Assembly: GCA_964035545.1 (NCBI GenBank)
Contig: OZ037765.1
Span: 33,975,504 to 34,039,503, forward strand
Length of the DNA: 64,000 nt
DNA from: Bugula neritina
Lineage: Eukaryota; Animalia; Bryozoa
Reading direction: 5' to 3'
Shown: positions 24,213-36,600 of the stretch, piece after piece
Layout: each line of letters begins with the position of its first letter
Numbering within the stretch: the stretch's first letter is position 1
The notes under the pieces: model-generated
Databases searched by the model: none
The model's input: only the letters and a program-made list of their open reading frames with translations
Told to the model about the DNA's origin: nothing
Position numbers and translations under genes: made by a program

Positions 24213-27200
24213 TCATTCTGAACTTTGCTGTCCATTGAACTTGGGGAAAAAGAAGAGTTTTCGAAAGTGGGTTAAAGTGCATTCTGGGCGGTTAGGTACG
24301 TTACAGCCAACTTCTCTATTCTGTTTCTTTTTGAAGTACGAGATGCTGACTCTTCTCACCCTGTCTTGTATCTGTGAAAAAGTTTAAAAAAGCAATACAT
24401 ATGAAGCTATAAGTGTGCCGATTTTTTTCTCCATCAGGTATTGAATGATCATGAATATAATTAACAAATTAATGAAGCTGCAAACATCTAATAGAAATAT
24501 TCAGGCAAACGGTAGTTAGAGACTAAAACTAATTACTAGGTGTTTTAACTGAACTTGTTCTACTACTAGTTTACTGAATATCATACAGTATAATTCATTC
24601 TTTCTACTAGGTTACTGAATATTATACAGTACACTCAGTGGATGCGTTAAAATAAATTTTACACCTAGATTTAAAAGACCCAACGTACTTACTATTTTGA
24701 ACAGTTCATCTATATCTCTGTGACAGCTGTGTTTGTAGAATGTAGCCACTAGTATTCTGATAAACCATGTACCATACTTACGATGTCTGCCTGTCCTGTA
24801 GTCTGCAACAGGAAAGATAAATATAATATTCAAAGTACTATACTCAAAGTACCATACTCAAAGTATCATACTCAAAGTATCATACTCAAAGTATCATACT
24901 CAAAGTATCATACTCAAAGTATCATACTCAAAGTATCATACTCAAAGTATAATACTCAAAGTGTCATACTCAAAGTATAATACTCAAAGTATCATACTCA
25001 AAGTATCATACTCAAAGTACTATACTCAAAGTGTCATACTCAAAGTGTCATACTCAAAGTGTCATACTCAAAGCATCATACTCAAAGTGTCATACTCAAA
25101 GTATCATACTCAAAGTGTCATACTCAAAGTATCATACTCAAAGTGTCATACTCAAAGTATCATACTAAAAGTGTCATACTCAAAGTATCATACTCAAAGT
25201 GTCATACTCAAAGTGTCATACTCAAAGTGTCATATTCAAAGTATCATACTCAAAGTACTCTACTCAAAGTATCATACTCAAAGTATCATACTCAAAGTGT
25301 CATACTCAAAGTGTCATACTCAAAGTATCATACTCAAAGTGTCATACTCAAAGTGTCATACTCAAAGTATCATACTCAAAGTGTCATACTCAAAGTATCA
25401 TACTCAAAGTATCATACTCAAAGTATCATACTCAAAGTATCATACTCAAAGTATCATACTCAAAGTATCATACTCAAAGTACTATACTCAAAGTGTCATA
25501 CTCAAAGTATAAGACTCAAAGTATCATACTCAAAGTATCATACTCAAAGTACTATACTCAAAGTGTCATACTCAAAGTGTCATACTCAAAGTGTCATACT
25601 CAAAGTATCATACTCAAAGTGTCATACTCCAAGTATCATACTCAAAGTGTCATACTCAAAGTGTCATACTCAAAGTGTCATACTCAAAGTATCATACTCA
25701 AAGTGTCATACTCAAAGTATCATACTCAAAGTGTCATACTCAAAGTGTCATACTCAAAGTGTCATACTCAAAGTGTCATACTCAAAGTGTCATATTCAAA
25801 GTATCATACTCAAAGTACTCTACTCAAAGTATCATACTCAAAGTATCATACTCAAAGTGTCATACTCAAAGTGTCATACTCAAAGTATCATACTCAAAGT
25901 GTCATACTCAAAGTATCATACTCAAAGTATCATACTCAAAGTATCATACTCAAAGTATCATACTCAAAGTACTATACTCAAAGTGTCATACTCAAAGTAT
26001 AATACTCAAAGTATCATACTCAAAGTATCATACTCAAAGTACTATACTCAAAGTGTCATACTCAAAGTGTCATACTCAAAGTGTCATACTCAAAGTATCA
26101 TACTCAAAGTGTCATACTCAAAGTGTCATACTCAAAGTGTCATACTCAAAGTGTCATACTCAAAGTATCATACTCAAAGTGTCATACTCAAAGTATCATA
26201 CTCAAAGTGTCATACTCAAAGTGTCATACTCAAAGTGTCATACTCAAAGTGTCATACTAAAGTGTCATACTCAAAGTATCATACTCAAAGTGTCATACTC
26301 AAAGTATCATACTCAAAGTGTCATACTCAAAGTGTCATACTCAAAGTGTCATACTCAAAGTGTCATACTCAAAGTGTCATACTCAAAGTGTCATACTCAA
26401 AGTGTCATACTCAAAGTATCATACTCAAAGTACTCTACTCAAAGTATCATACTCAAAGTATCATACTCAAAGTGTCATACTCAAAGTGTCATACTCAAAG
26501 TATCATACTCAAAGTGTCATACTCAAAGCTGTCTTCCACAGAATAGATTATAATATTTCATACATACTCTCTGTACTTGGCTTCATGATATAGAAGTCAT
26601 CGACATCTAGGTGAGTGAATCTATCAAAGTGAATATTTGGAGACGCATGTTGACCTACAGAAGACTCACTCCCAGCTGTTGCTGAAGATGAGGGTAACGG
26701 GTCAGTAGTTACTGGTGAGACGGTGGCTGAATTTTGTGACTGTACAGCATTCCCAAGATCCACAGCAGCTAAAAACCAAATGAGCAATGTTATGCCAGAT
26801 TTCCCTGTTACACTATTTACAAGGAGTTCCTGGACATATACCGGTCTAGAGAAAGAGCAGACATGTTTTTGTATATTTTCTATTGGCTGCTGCAAAGTGA
26901 TGCAGGTAAGTATAAGTTGATATTCTCATTTAATAGTCATATTGCATGTGGTAATAAGAATCAGTGACTACAAAGCTTTCACCAATAGCATGATATAAAA
27001 CTGTTAATGTCAAGGCTTACTATGGATGGGATATATACATTGTGATAAAACTGTCAAAGCTAAGTCACTCACGGCCTGAACAAGCCTGAAGAATGATGAG
27101 TTTGGGTTTTCCTCTCATGGCAGGGAATTTACTAGCAGAGAGTAAATCTTTGACTTCTGACAAGTTGACAGGTTTAAGGTGTTTGTCATGGAAGATGTTT

Positions 27201-27653
27201 CCAGAAGTTCCGTGTGACATGATGACTAGAATGAACATGTCCAGATGCTGGTGGTCTCTGTGGGTGGTCTCTTTCCTCACTTCTGATAATATTTCCTGCA
27301 AAAATTATCTCAGGAATATTTTTATCAATCATTGATTTATGTTGCCTATTTTACACATGTCTTCCTTTGAAATGTGAAAAGAGTTATGATTTTAGGTTGA
27401 CCTATATCAACGAATATAGTTAGTTCATATACAAAAATAATGAAATACTCACTTCTCTGGTCAAATCAAACCACCGCCTCTCTCCTCCGGCAATATCAAA
27501 CCCCATATCTTTGAACAAGGTACTAATATTCTCATAGTCAATACCAGAACCATGTCGGGTCATCCCAGTTATTTCACTGTCATCATCTCGATAGAATCGT
27601 CCGTTGTTTATGATCATGGCGCGCCCTCTAACAGGGTCACTCATTTTGTACAC
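24213..27653 (-). CDS. Caspase (peptidase C14) p20 + linker + p10 exons of gene A
   Basis: RGRAMIINN, TRHGSGID, VIMSHG, GKPKLIILQACSG-P-AVDLG, DDFYIMKPSTE-NYRTGRHRKYGTWFI, TLTHFRKLFFFP across five exons with consistent phases. Confidence 0.92.
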
Positions 27654-30600
27654 CTGTAATCACAAATAGATTGCCATCTTTTAAGTATTACACACAACTT
27701 TTTTAACAATGTTTAATAGCAATTCTTATGGAAGGATAACTAACTATGAATGACTATGTAAGTAATAAAAATAGGCAACAAAAGTAGAAGTGTCTCACCT
27801 TTCTCTGCTCATTGAAAAGCTGCGTAATTTCGTTTTTAGTTGTGGGCTTCAGTTTCATACCATTCATGTGAGCAATCAGAGGTTCAAGGTCACTTTGAGT
27901 AAAGTCAGCATATCCTTCCTCTTCCACATCAGAACATTCACTGATGTCATCATCTTCACATGAGGTTGAGACAGGCTGAGCAAAGCGCATCTTTTTTGCT
28001 GGTACTTCTAGTTCTAGAATACAATACTCTCTGATGTCAACATCTTGGAAGTAAAATGGTTCTGTAAATCGTGTAAGTGTTTGAAGTACAAAAAGAATTT
28101 TCGATGATATATTATCTCAGTATTGAGTAATTAAATAATATCCTGTGACAGAATATGCCAACTAAAACCATGTATTATTGAGCTAGCACAGATTTATTGA
28201 GGTGAGCAGAACAGAAATTATGCAACTCTAGAGGAAACACTTTTTAGGATCTACAGCAGTTAAAAATCTACTTGTGTTTATTGTATAGTAATTGATGAGA
28301 AACCTTTAATGAGTGTGATATTGTTATCACAGTTCTCAAGTAAGGTGAAGTTGGTTGGTTTGTTACATTGTATTATGAATTAATATGTGATTTACACAGC
28401 TAAAATATTTATATTTATATTAGAATAAAATATATTATATATATATTACAGTTGATAAATAGGATTACACTGCCTTCTAATTAGTATAATTTACATACCA
28501 GGAACACACGATGATGCAATAAAAATCTCACCAGTTTTCAGATGTTCAGCAAAAAACTTCTTCAAATTTTCAGCTTCTTCCTTAGCCAATGGCTCACCTA
28601 TTGACACCAGATAAAATCAATGTGTATGGGAGATTTAAAGAGGAGTAGATTATTGGAAAAACATTATAATAAACTCAGACAGAAACATAGACTCACATGG
28701 GTAGAGTAGAGCACTTGGGATCTCCTCACCACCACACAGAGTTGTTGAAGATCCACTACACAGTCTGGGACTTGGTGTAGGATGTTTCAAGGAACGAAGA
28801 CACCACAGAGGATTGAGCACTTTCTTAGGACAAGGAAGTCCTAGCAGAAGGCAGTGAGCACAGTAGCATGTAGTGACTAGTCTAGTTGCTTTCCAAGTTT
28901 CTAGGACATGTCTAAGGATGTTGTTGTTGGTGGTGATGAGTCTCTCCCACATTCTGCTGATGTTGGCAGCATTAGATGACACGTAGAGTAACACCTTTCT
29001 AGATTTGTAGTCGTGTACCAGCTGTGTGTAGATCCCATCTTGATAGACATTGGCTCCATTTTTTTTTACTTTCATCACAGCAAACTCATCTGGAAACAGC
29101 TCTAACAAGCCAACCGTCATTTGCTGGTAGACGTAGTGTGGCAGAGCTAGGCCATTGAACTGTGTTTCAACTTGAAGGAGCAGATTTTGTGAGTGAGAGT
29201 AGGAAGTGCTGTAACGACTTTTGGCAAACTGTGGGACAACAAAACATGGCTTTTCAGAGTTGACATGTATAGGACCATACAGCAACCGGAATGTTTGGAG
29301 CAAGCAGATAGCAACTTCAACATTCTCAGAACTGTGAAATATTGTTTCATTTTGAATCAAATAAGCAAGAAGAGAGTGCATCATCAAGCCAGTGTCTGTG
29401 AAATGAGTAACAGGTTCCTCAAAGTCCTGCTTCTCAACAGGCATCCCATTCTTTGAATAGCACGGCTGGAACTTGTCAACTCTACTCTGCCATACGTTAG
29501 GATCATGATGATACAAGACACAGAGAAGTTTGGTAACTTCCGAAATCTTGTGGAATATGTATGGCTGGAGAGAGCTGATTTCTTTATACCACAAAACTTT
29601 GCCGCAGTCATGCATGTATGTGAGGATTATGTCCAGCTGACTTGACTCAATGTGTTGAAGTTCTGTTTGCACGTATTTCAGTATCTCATCAAAGGTACTG
29701 TACACAGAGGGAATAGACAGCACTTTTTCATTCATTTCCTCCCAAACCAAAGGTAAAGGTTTCACAAAATGTTGACTGCTTTGAAGAAGAGACTTCTTGA
29801 TCAGGTCAAACACTTCATACTTATCATCTTTTCCCAACTCATTAATGTCCTCACCAGAAAAGACTCCTTCAGTTGATTTACTGAAATGTTTGATTTGAGC
29901 AAATTCTCCACCCAATGCTTTCTCTTCTCTAATCATCTCCTCACACAGCTGATTTGAAGCGTCTAGAAAATTCTTTCGAAGCTTTTGAAATTCTGTACTT
30001 TGAAACTTATCTTTATGTGTGAAGATAAGTTTTGGAGCACCCAGAGTTGGGTTAGCCAGATACAGGTGAGACATGTAATCAAAGGCTAATCTTCTAACAG
30101 CTTCTCTGTGTGTTGATTCACTTGAAATCTCTCTGTACTGTTCCATGTTGACTACTATGACTGGAATACAGTTCTGTCTCAGTGTCAGTTGGTAGGTGAT
30201 ATGGTAGACCTCCTGGCCTCCCATATCAATGAGACGGAGTACTGTACCATCCACCTCCACCTCTTCAACATTAAACACCTTTGTTGTCTCATCTCTCACA
30301 GCATCTGGCCCTCTGTTGGTCAGAACTCTCTTTCTGTCAGCATTCTGTAATGTTCTGATTAGACTGGTTTTTCCAGCCATCGTATTACCCAGCACAGCTA
30401 TAGTAGCAAATGGTAGACTTCTACCAGCACCTTTAGCCAAATCTGTGTAATATTGTCTCACAGCATCTACTCCTCTCTCACATACCTCTAGTGGAGGAGA
30501 TGTGAGAGCATCACAACCTTCAACATCCAGTGCACGAAGTTGAGTTAGCTGTAGTATCTCAGGATCTAAGGATGTCAGGGACTCATTCTCAGATATATAC

Positions 30601-33600
30601 AGTTCTTGCAGACTACTCAGTGTGTACACAGGAGATGGTAAATTGGTGAAGTTATTATCTGATATGTACAGTCTCTCTAACTTCTGTAGACTCCGCATGC
30701 TGTTAAACAACATACATAATAGGAGATATAATAAGGAATATGACACATATAACATACACACTGTAGAAGAGAATGCACACAGGTAATCAATTGATATAAT
30801 ATTGTAAATGTTTTTCATATTAGACATCAGCTTTTCTTACAAATACTTCAGTGCATTGAAGTACTTCAAGTTAATTGATAGACTGTCATGTCAAGGTGGA
30901 CATTTAAACAGTTTTCTATATTATCTAGAAGATTTTCATCTCATGGAGGAAAGACTATTGAGGACAGCCTAGTTGGAAACCTCAGAAATCTTTACTAGGT
31001 TCCATAAAATTATTTTTGAACAGAGCTTATAGCAGCTAGTATAATTTTATATCAATTTCTGCAGATCTAGACTTCATGCAGTAATTAGCTCACTTTCCTT
31101 GTTGAGGGATAATTCTTAATAGGGTGTACTTGCTAATAGGTCCTTCATATTAATAGATAACAGAAGCTTTAAAGTGATGATGTAACTAAGGGTAGTGTGT
31201 GTGTGACCTTTGCATAAACTGTTCTGGTAAATATCACAAATAATAGAGAGTTGAGTAATTATTTAAAAAGATGGCAAGATATTAACTATCAGTATATCTA
31301 TTCATCTACAGAACTTGATAAAATAAATAGTACATTGTTATCTGGTGAAAGTTATATGACTTTACTGTATCCTCTGTGAACATAATATAATATTCACATC
31401 TTAGCAATCACTGCCTTTTATCTTAACTGTACATACTGTAGATAGTCAATGTATAGCTATGCTAGCCTGCAGCTGGGCACCATATAATACTCAACCACCC
31501 AAATAATAGCAGCACGTGGTACAAGTAGAACAACTCAGCCAATCAACACTCAGCAACAATCTGTAAAGTTGAGTCACCACTCAATTCAAAGTTACAAATT
31601 CTACTGATAGCTGGTCTAAGATCAGATAGCTGTGAGATAATACATTTATATCCTTAGAGTAAACAGGTACTAGTACTGTACACACAGTAAGCTACAAACT
31701 CTGTAGCTGTCAACCAATAGAAATATCATCTCCTTAACCAATCACAATGCAAGTCACTTTCGTAATCAACCACAACTAAGTGTAGGGCCACACTACGAGA
31801 ATACGCTAGTGACCTGCCACACACATTGCAAAAATGTATTAGCCAGTGTTAGCGTTAAATTTACTGCTCGCTACAGGCGTTTGTTTTCAAACCTACGTCA
31901 TCGGCAAAGTGATTTGGATATTATAAAAGCGGGAATGCAAACTATATAAAACTGTTTTAAAAGTTAAATCGTAAATCAAAATAAAAAAGTGAAAATCCCA
32001 AATTCTGGGCTAAACCCGTGGCCCTATTATAATTAAATCTCACTCTGCACTAAATACTAGTTAGCAGTATGAATAGGTGGGAGTACTCTGTGTAGTGTAT
32101 ATTCCCCTCACTTGTTTACCATGATGAGCTATTATACATACTACAGTATTATTCTACACTATAATATAATACACACCTGTTTGGTAGAGTTGACAGTTTA
32201 CAGTTCCACATGTACAACTCTCTCAATGATAGTAAGGATGTGAATATATTGTCAGGTAGACCTTCAGATAGGTTATTCTCTGGTATATTCAATACCTCAA
32301 GATTCTTCAGTGAAGATATGCTGTAACATAACATACAGGGATAAATACATTCTGTGAAGTTATAGAGTACAACTTACACGAGGATTAGTGTGATATGATT
32401 GTGTGCCAGTGTGGCTAGAGGAAAGAGAAGACAACACTATTGACAACAGTGAAGACTATTTATATATTATTACTCTATTTTACTTCAATACTTTATGCCA
32501 GCTAAACATGGGATAATGATAGACTGAGTGAGCACTGATTAAATTAAATGGTCAGTTGGAAGTGATAAGTGAAAGTGTTGAATAAGTTGAAACTTCAACA
32601 GAATATCCCCAACTTGAGTGTTAACTGTAGAAACCTTTGCTATGTATGCAGACAGTTGCTGAGTTACTGATGAGATATTATATTTATTACAATATCATTC
32701 TACACTATAATATAATACACACCTGTTTGGTAGAGTTGACAGTTCACAGTACTCCATGTACAACTCTCTCAATGATAGTAAGGATGTGAATATATTGTCA
32801 AGTAGATCTTCAGATAGGTTATTCCATGATATATTCAATACCTCAAGATTCTTCAGTGAATATATGCTGTAACATAATATTATACAGGTATAGAAACACT
32901 CTGTAGCTCATACATACAAAGTGTGATAACAGAGTTTTAGAATATTATTATGACTCTGTATTTCTACCATCTAACCTCTAGACAACCTTGGGCATAGCAG
33001 TTGTATAATGAGTAACTATGAGGGGATAACTACTATAATGAAGAAGTAGAAAGCTCACTTTATTTATAACCTAGGAACTAGTAAATCATAGACTGAGAAT
33101 AAACGTATTCAGGTAGCAGTGACTGAAAGAGTAATTAGTAAAAGTTTGAATGAGTTTTGTTACAGTTTGGTTTGAGCTGCAGAGTTCCTATGGCAGAGGT
33201 GGGCAACTGGGCCTACCAAGGGCCACTTGTGGACCTTTACCCATTTTTCAGTAGCCCTTTTATTGCTTAAGATAAGTAAAAACTGTCATTTTTTTCTGAT
33301 TAGCAATGCATAGGTTTGGTGACAAATTACTTTATTATAATAAAGTTTATTATGTGTACAAACATGGGGCCCTTCGCTTTTGCTGACCTCTGAACTTGGC
33401 CCTTGAGCAAAAGGAGTTGCCCACCCCTGCCCTATGGCATGACAGTAGTATGAGAGACAGTGTTGGTTAGATTAGAGAAAAGATAACTCTAATAAACAAA
33501 GAAAGTAGTTTACTATATTATATCCTAAATACTAGCAAACTGTAGCCTGGGCACTGAATAAGTTGAAAGGCTTTTAGCTCGTGCTTTATTATAATTTTGA

Positions 33601-36600
33601 ATAGTCTAGACTCTAGAGTAATAGCAGACAATGATCTTCAAGCTGAGTGTAGAAATGTAGCGAGTACATTAGAATACAACAACTACTTATTGGTAAAACT
33701 CTGAATAAGTTCAAGTCTCAACAGACCATCTTCACTTGAGTGTTAACTGTAGAAACCTTTGCTATGTATGCAGACAGTTGCTGAGTTACTGATGAGATAT
33801 TATATATATTACAGTATCATTCTACACTATAATATATTACACACCTGTTTGGTAGAGTTGGCAGTTTACAGTTCTCCATGTCCAACTCTCTCAATGATAG
33901 TAAGGATGTGAATATATTGTCAGGTAGACCTTCAAATAGGTTATTCTGTGACATATTCAATACCTCAAGATTCTCCAGTGAAGATATGCTGTAACATAAC
34001 ATACAGATATAGAAACACTCTGTAGCTCATACATACAAAGTGTGATAACAGAGTTTTAGAATATTATTATGACTCTGTATTTCTACCATCTAACCTCTAG
34101 ACAACCTTGGACATAGCAGTTGTATAATGAGTAACTATGAGGGGATAACTACTATGATGAAGAAGTAGAAAGCTCACTTTATATATAACCTAGGAACTAG
34201 TAAATCATAGACTGAGAATAAACGTAGTCAGGTAGCAGTGACTGAAAGAGTAATTAGTAAAAGTTTGAATGAGTTTTGTTACAGTTTGGTTTGAGCTGCA
34301 GAGTTCCTATGGCAGGAGCGGGCAACTGGGCCTACCAAGGCCCACTTGTGGCCCTTTGCCCATTTTTCAGTGGCCCTTTTAATGCTTAAGATAATTAAAA
34401 ACTGTCATTTTTTTGGATTAGCACAGCATAGGTTTGGTGACAAATTACTTTATTAGCCTATAATAAAGTTTATTATGTGTACAATCATGTGGCCCTTCAC
34501 TTTGGCTGACCTCTGAACTTGGCTCTTGAGCGAAAAGAGTTAGTGTTTTATTATAACTTTGAATAGTCTTGACTCTAGAGTCTAGAGCAATGATAGACCA
34601 TGATCCTCAAATCTATTGTTAACTGTAGAAACCTTTGCTCTGTATGCAGACAGTTGCTGAGTTACTGATGAGATATTATATTTATTACATAGTATGAATA
34701 GTCACTAAATACTAGCTAGCAGTATGAATAGTTACTAAATACTAGCTAGCAGTATGAATAGTTACTAAATACTAGCTAGCAGTATGAATAGTCACTAAAT
34801 ACTAGCTAACAGTATGAATAGTCACTAAATACTAGCTAGCAGTATGAATAGTCACTAAATACTAGCTAGCAGTATGAATAGTCACTAAATACTAGCTAGC
34901 AGTATGAATAGTCACTAAATACTAGCTAGCAGTATGAATAGTCACTAAATACTAGCTAGCAGTATGAATAGTCACTAAATACTAGCTAGCAGTATGAATA
35001 GTCACTAAATACTAGCTAGCAGTATGAATAGTCACTAAATACTAGCTAGCAGTATGAATAGTCACTAAATACTAGCTAGCAGTATGAATAGTCACTAAAT
35101 ACTAGCTAGCAGTATGAATAGTCACTAAATACTAGCTAGCAGTATGAATAGTCACTAAATACTAGCTAGCAGTATGAATAGCCACTAAATACTAGCTAAC
35201 AGTATGAATAGTCACTAAATACTAGCTAGCAGTATGAATAGTCACTAAATACTAGCTAGCAGTATGAATAGTCACTAAATACTAGCTAGCAGTATGAATA
35301 GTTACTAAATACTAGCTAGCAGTATGAATAGACACTAAATACTAGCTAGCAGTATGAATAGTCACTAAATACTAGCTAGCAGTATGAATAGTCACTAAAT
35401 ACTAGCTAGTAGTATGAATAGTCACTAAATACTAGCTAGCAGTATGAATAGTCACTAAATACTAGCTAGTAGTATGAATAGTCACTAAATACTAGTTAGC
35501 AGTATGAATAGTCACTAAATACTAGCTAGTAGTATGAATAGTCACTAAATACTAGCTAGCAGTATGAATAGTCACTAAATACTAGCTAACAGTATGACTA
35601 GTCACTAAATACTAGCTAGCAGTATGAATAGTCACTAAATACTAGCTAGCAGTATGAATAGTCACTAAATACTAGCTAGTAGTATGAATAGTCACTAAAT
35701 ACTAGCTAGCAGTATGAATAGTCACTAAATACTAGCTAGCAGTATGACTAGTCACTAAATACTAGCTAACAGTATGAATAGTCACTAAATACTAGCTAGC
35801 AGTATGAATAGTTACTAAATACTAGCTAGTAGTATGAATAGTCACTAAATACTAGTTAGCAGTATGAATAGTCACTAAATACTAGTTAGCAGTATGAATA
35901 GTCACTAAATACTAGCTAACAGTATGACTAGTCACTAAATACTAGCTAGCAGTATGAATAGTCGCTAAATACTAGCTAGCAGTATGAATAGTCCCTAAAT
36001 GGTCCTGTGATACTCAATAATATGACTACAATGTAATACTACCATAACAATATAGTACCTGGTCCAGTTAGCATTACTGTCTACTCCAGATACATTCAGA
36101 TGTGTGAGATGAGGAAACACTGTGTTGATATTTGGAGGAATGTCATGCTTCAGTATAACATGAGTAACTGTATGATGTCTACTTTTATCATCGATAGTGT
36201 ACAGTGTAGTAGCTTTCGACACCCAATCATGATCAGCTCCATCTATACTGGATGTGTTGAACCACACCTCATACTCCTCTACAAAATATGCACCACTTTA
36301 TAAATAATAACTTTGATATCAAATAACAGAGTGTCTCAACACTATAAACAGTATTTAATTAAATGTGGAGAGTTCACAACTCCAAACAACATATTAACTT
36401 CAGTTGTTATATCAAAGGAGCAGACTGATAATATAGTATATATGACTCAGTATAGTCTTCAAACACCTTCTAATATTCTCTATAATATATAATAGTGACT
36501 GGAAGTCACTTGTATCTCTAGACTCAGCACCAGCAAAGTATGTACAGAACACCTTGATTCTAGTATCTGTAATACTAGTGATACACTCTTCTATAGAAGT

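Noticed and set aside
24783-26593. Long ORFs (up to 495 aa) of SIILKVSYSKYHTQ repeats
   Set aside because: They are translations of a stop-poor 14-bp intronic minisatellite, open in all three frames.
26769-26890. Upstream acceptors (~26889, ~26825) for the caspase linker exon
   Set aside because: With the phase-1 donor at 27073 they give stops; only the 26768 acceptor yields QACSGPAVDLG.
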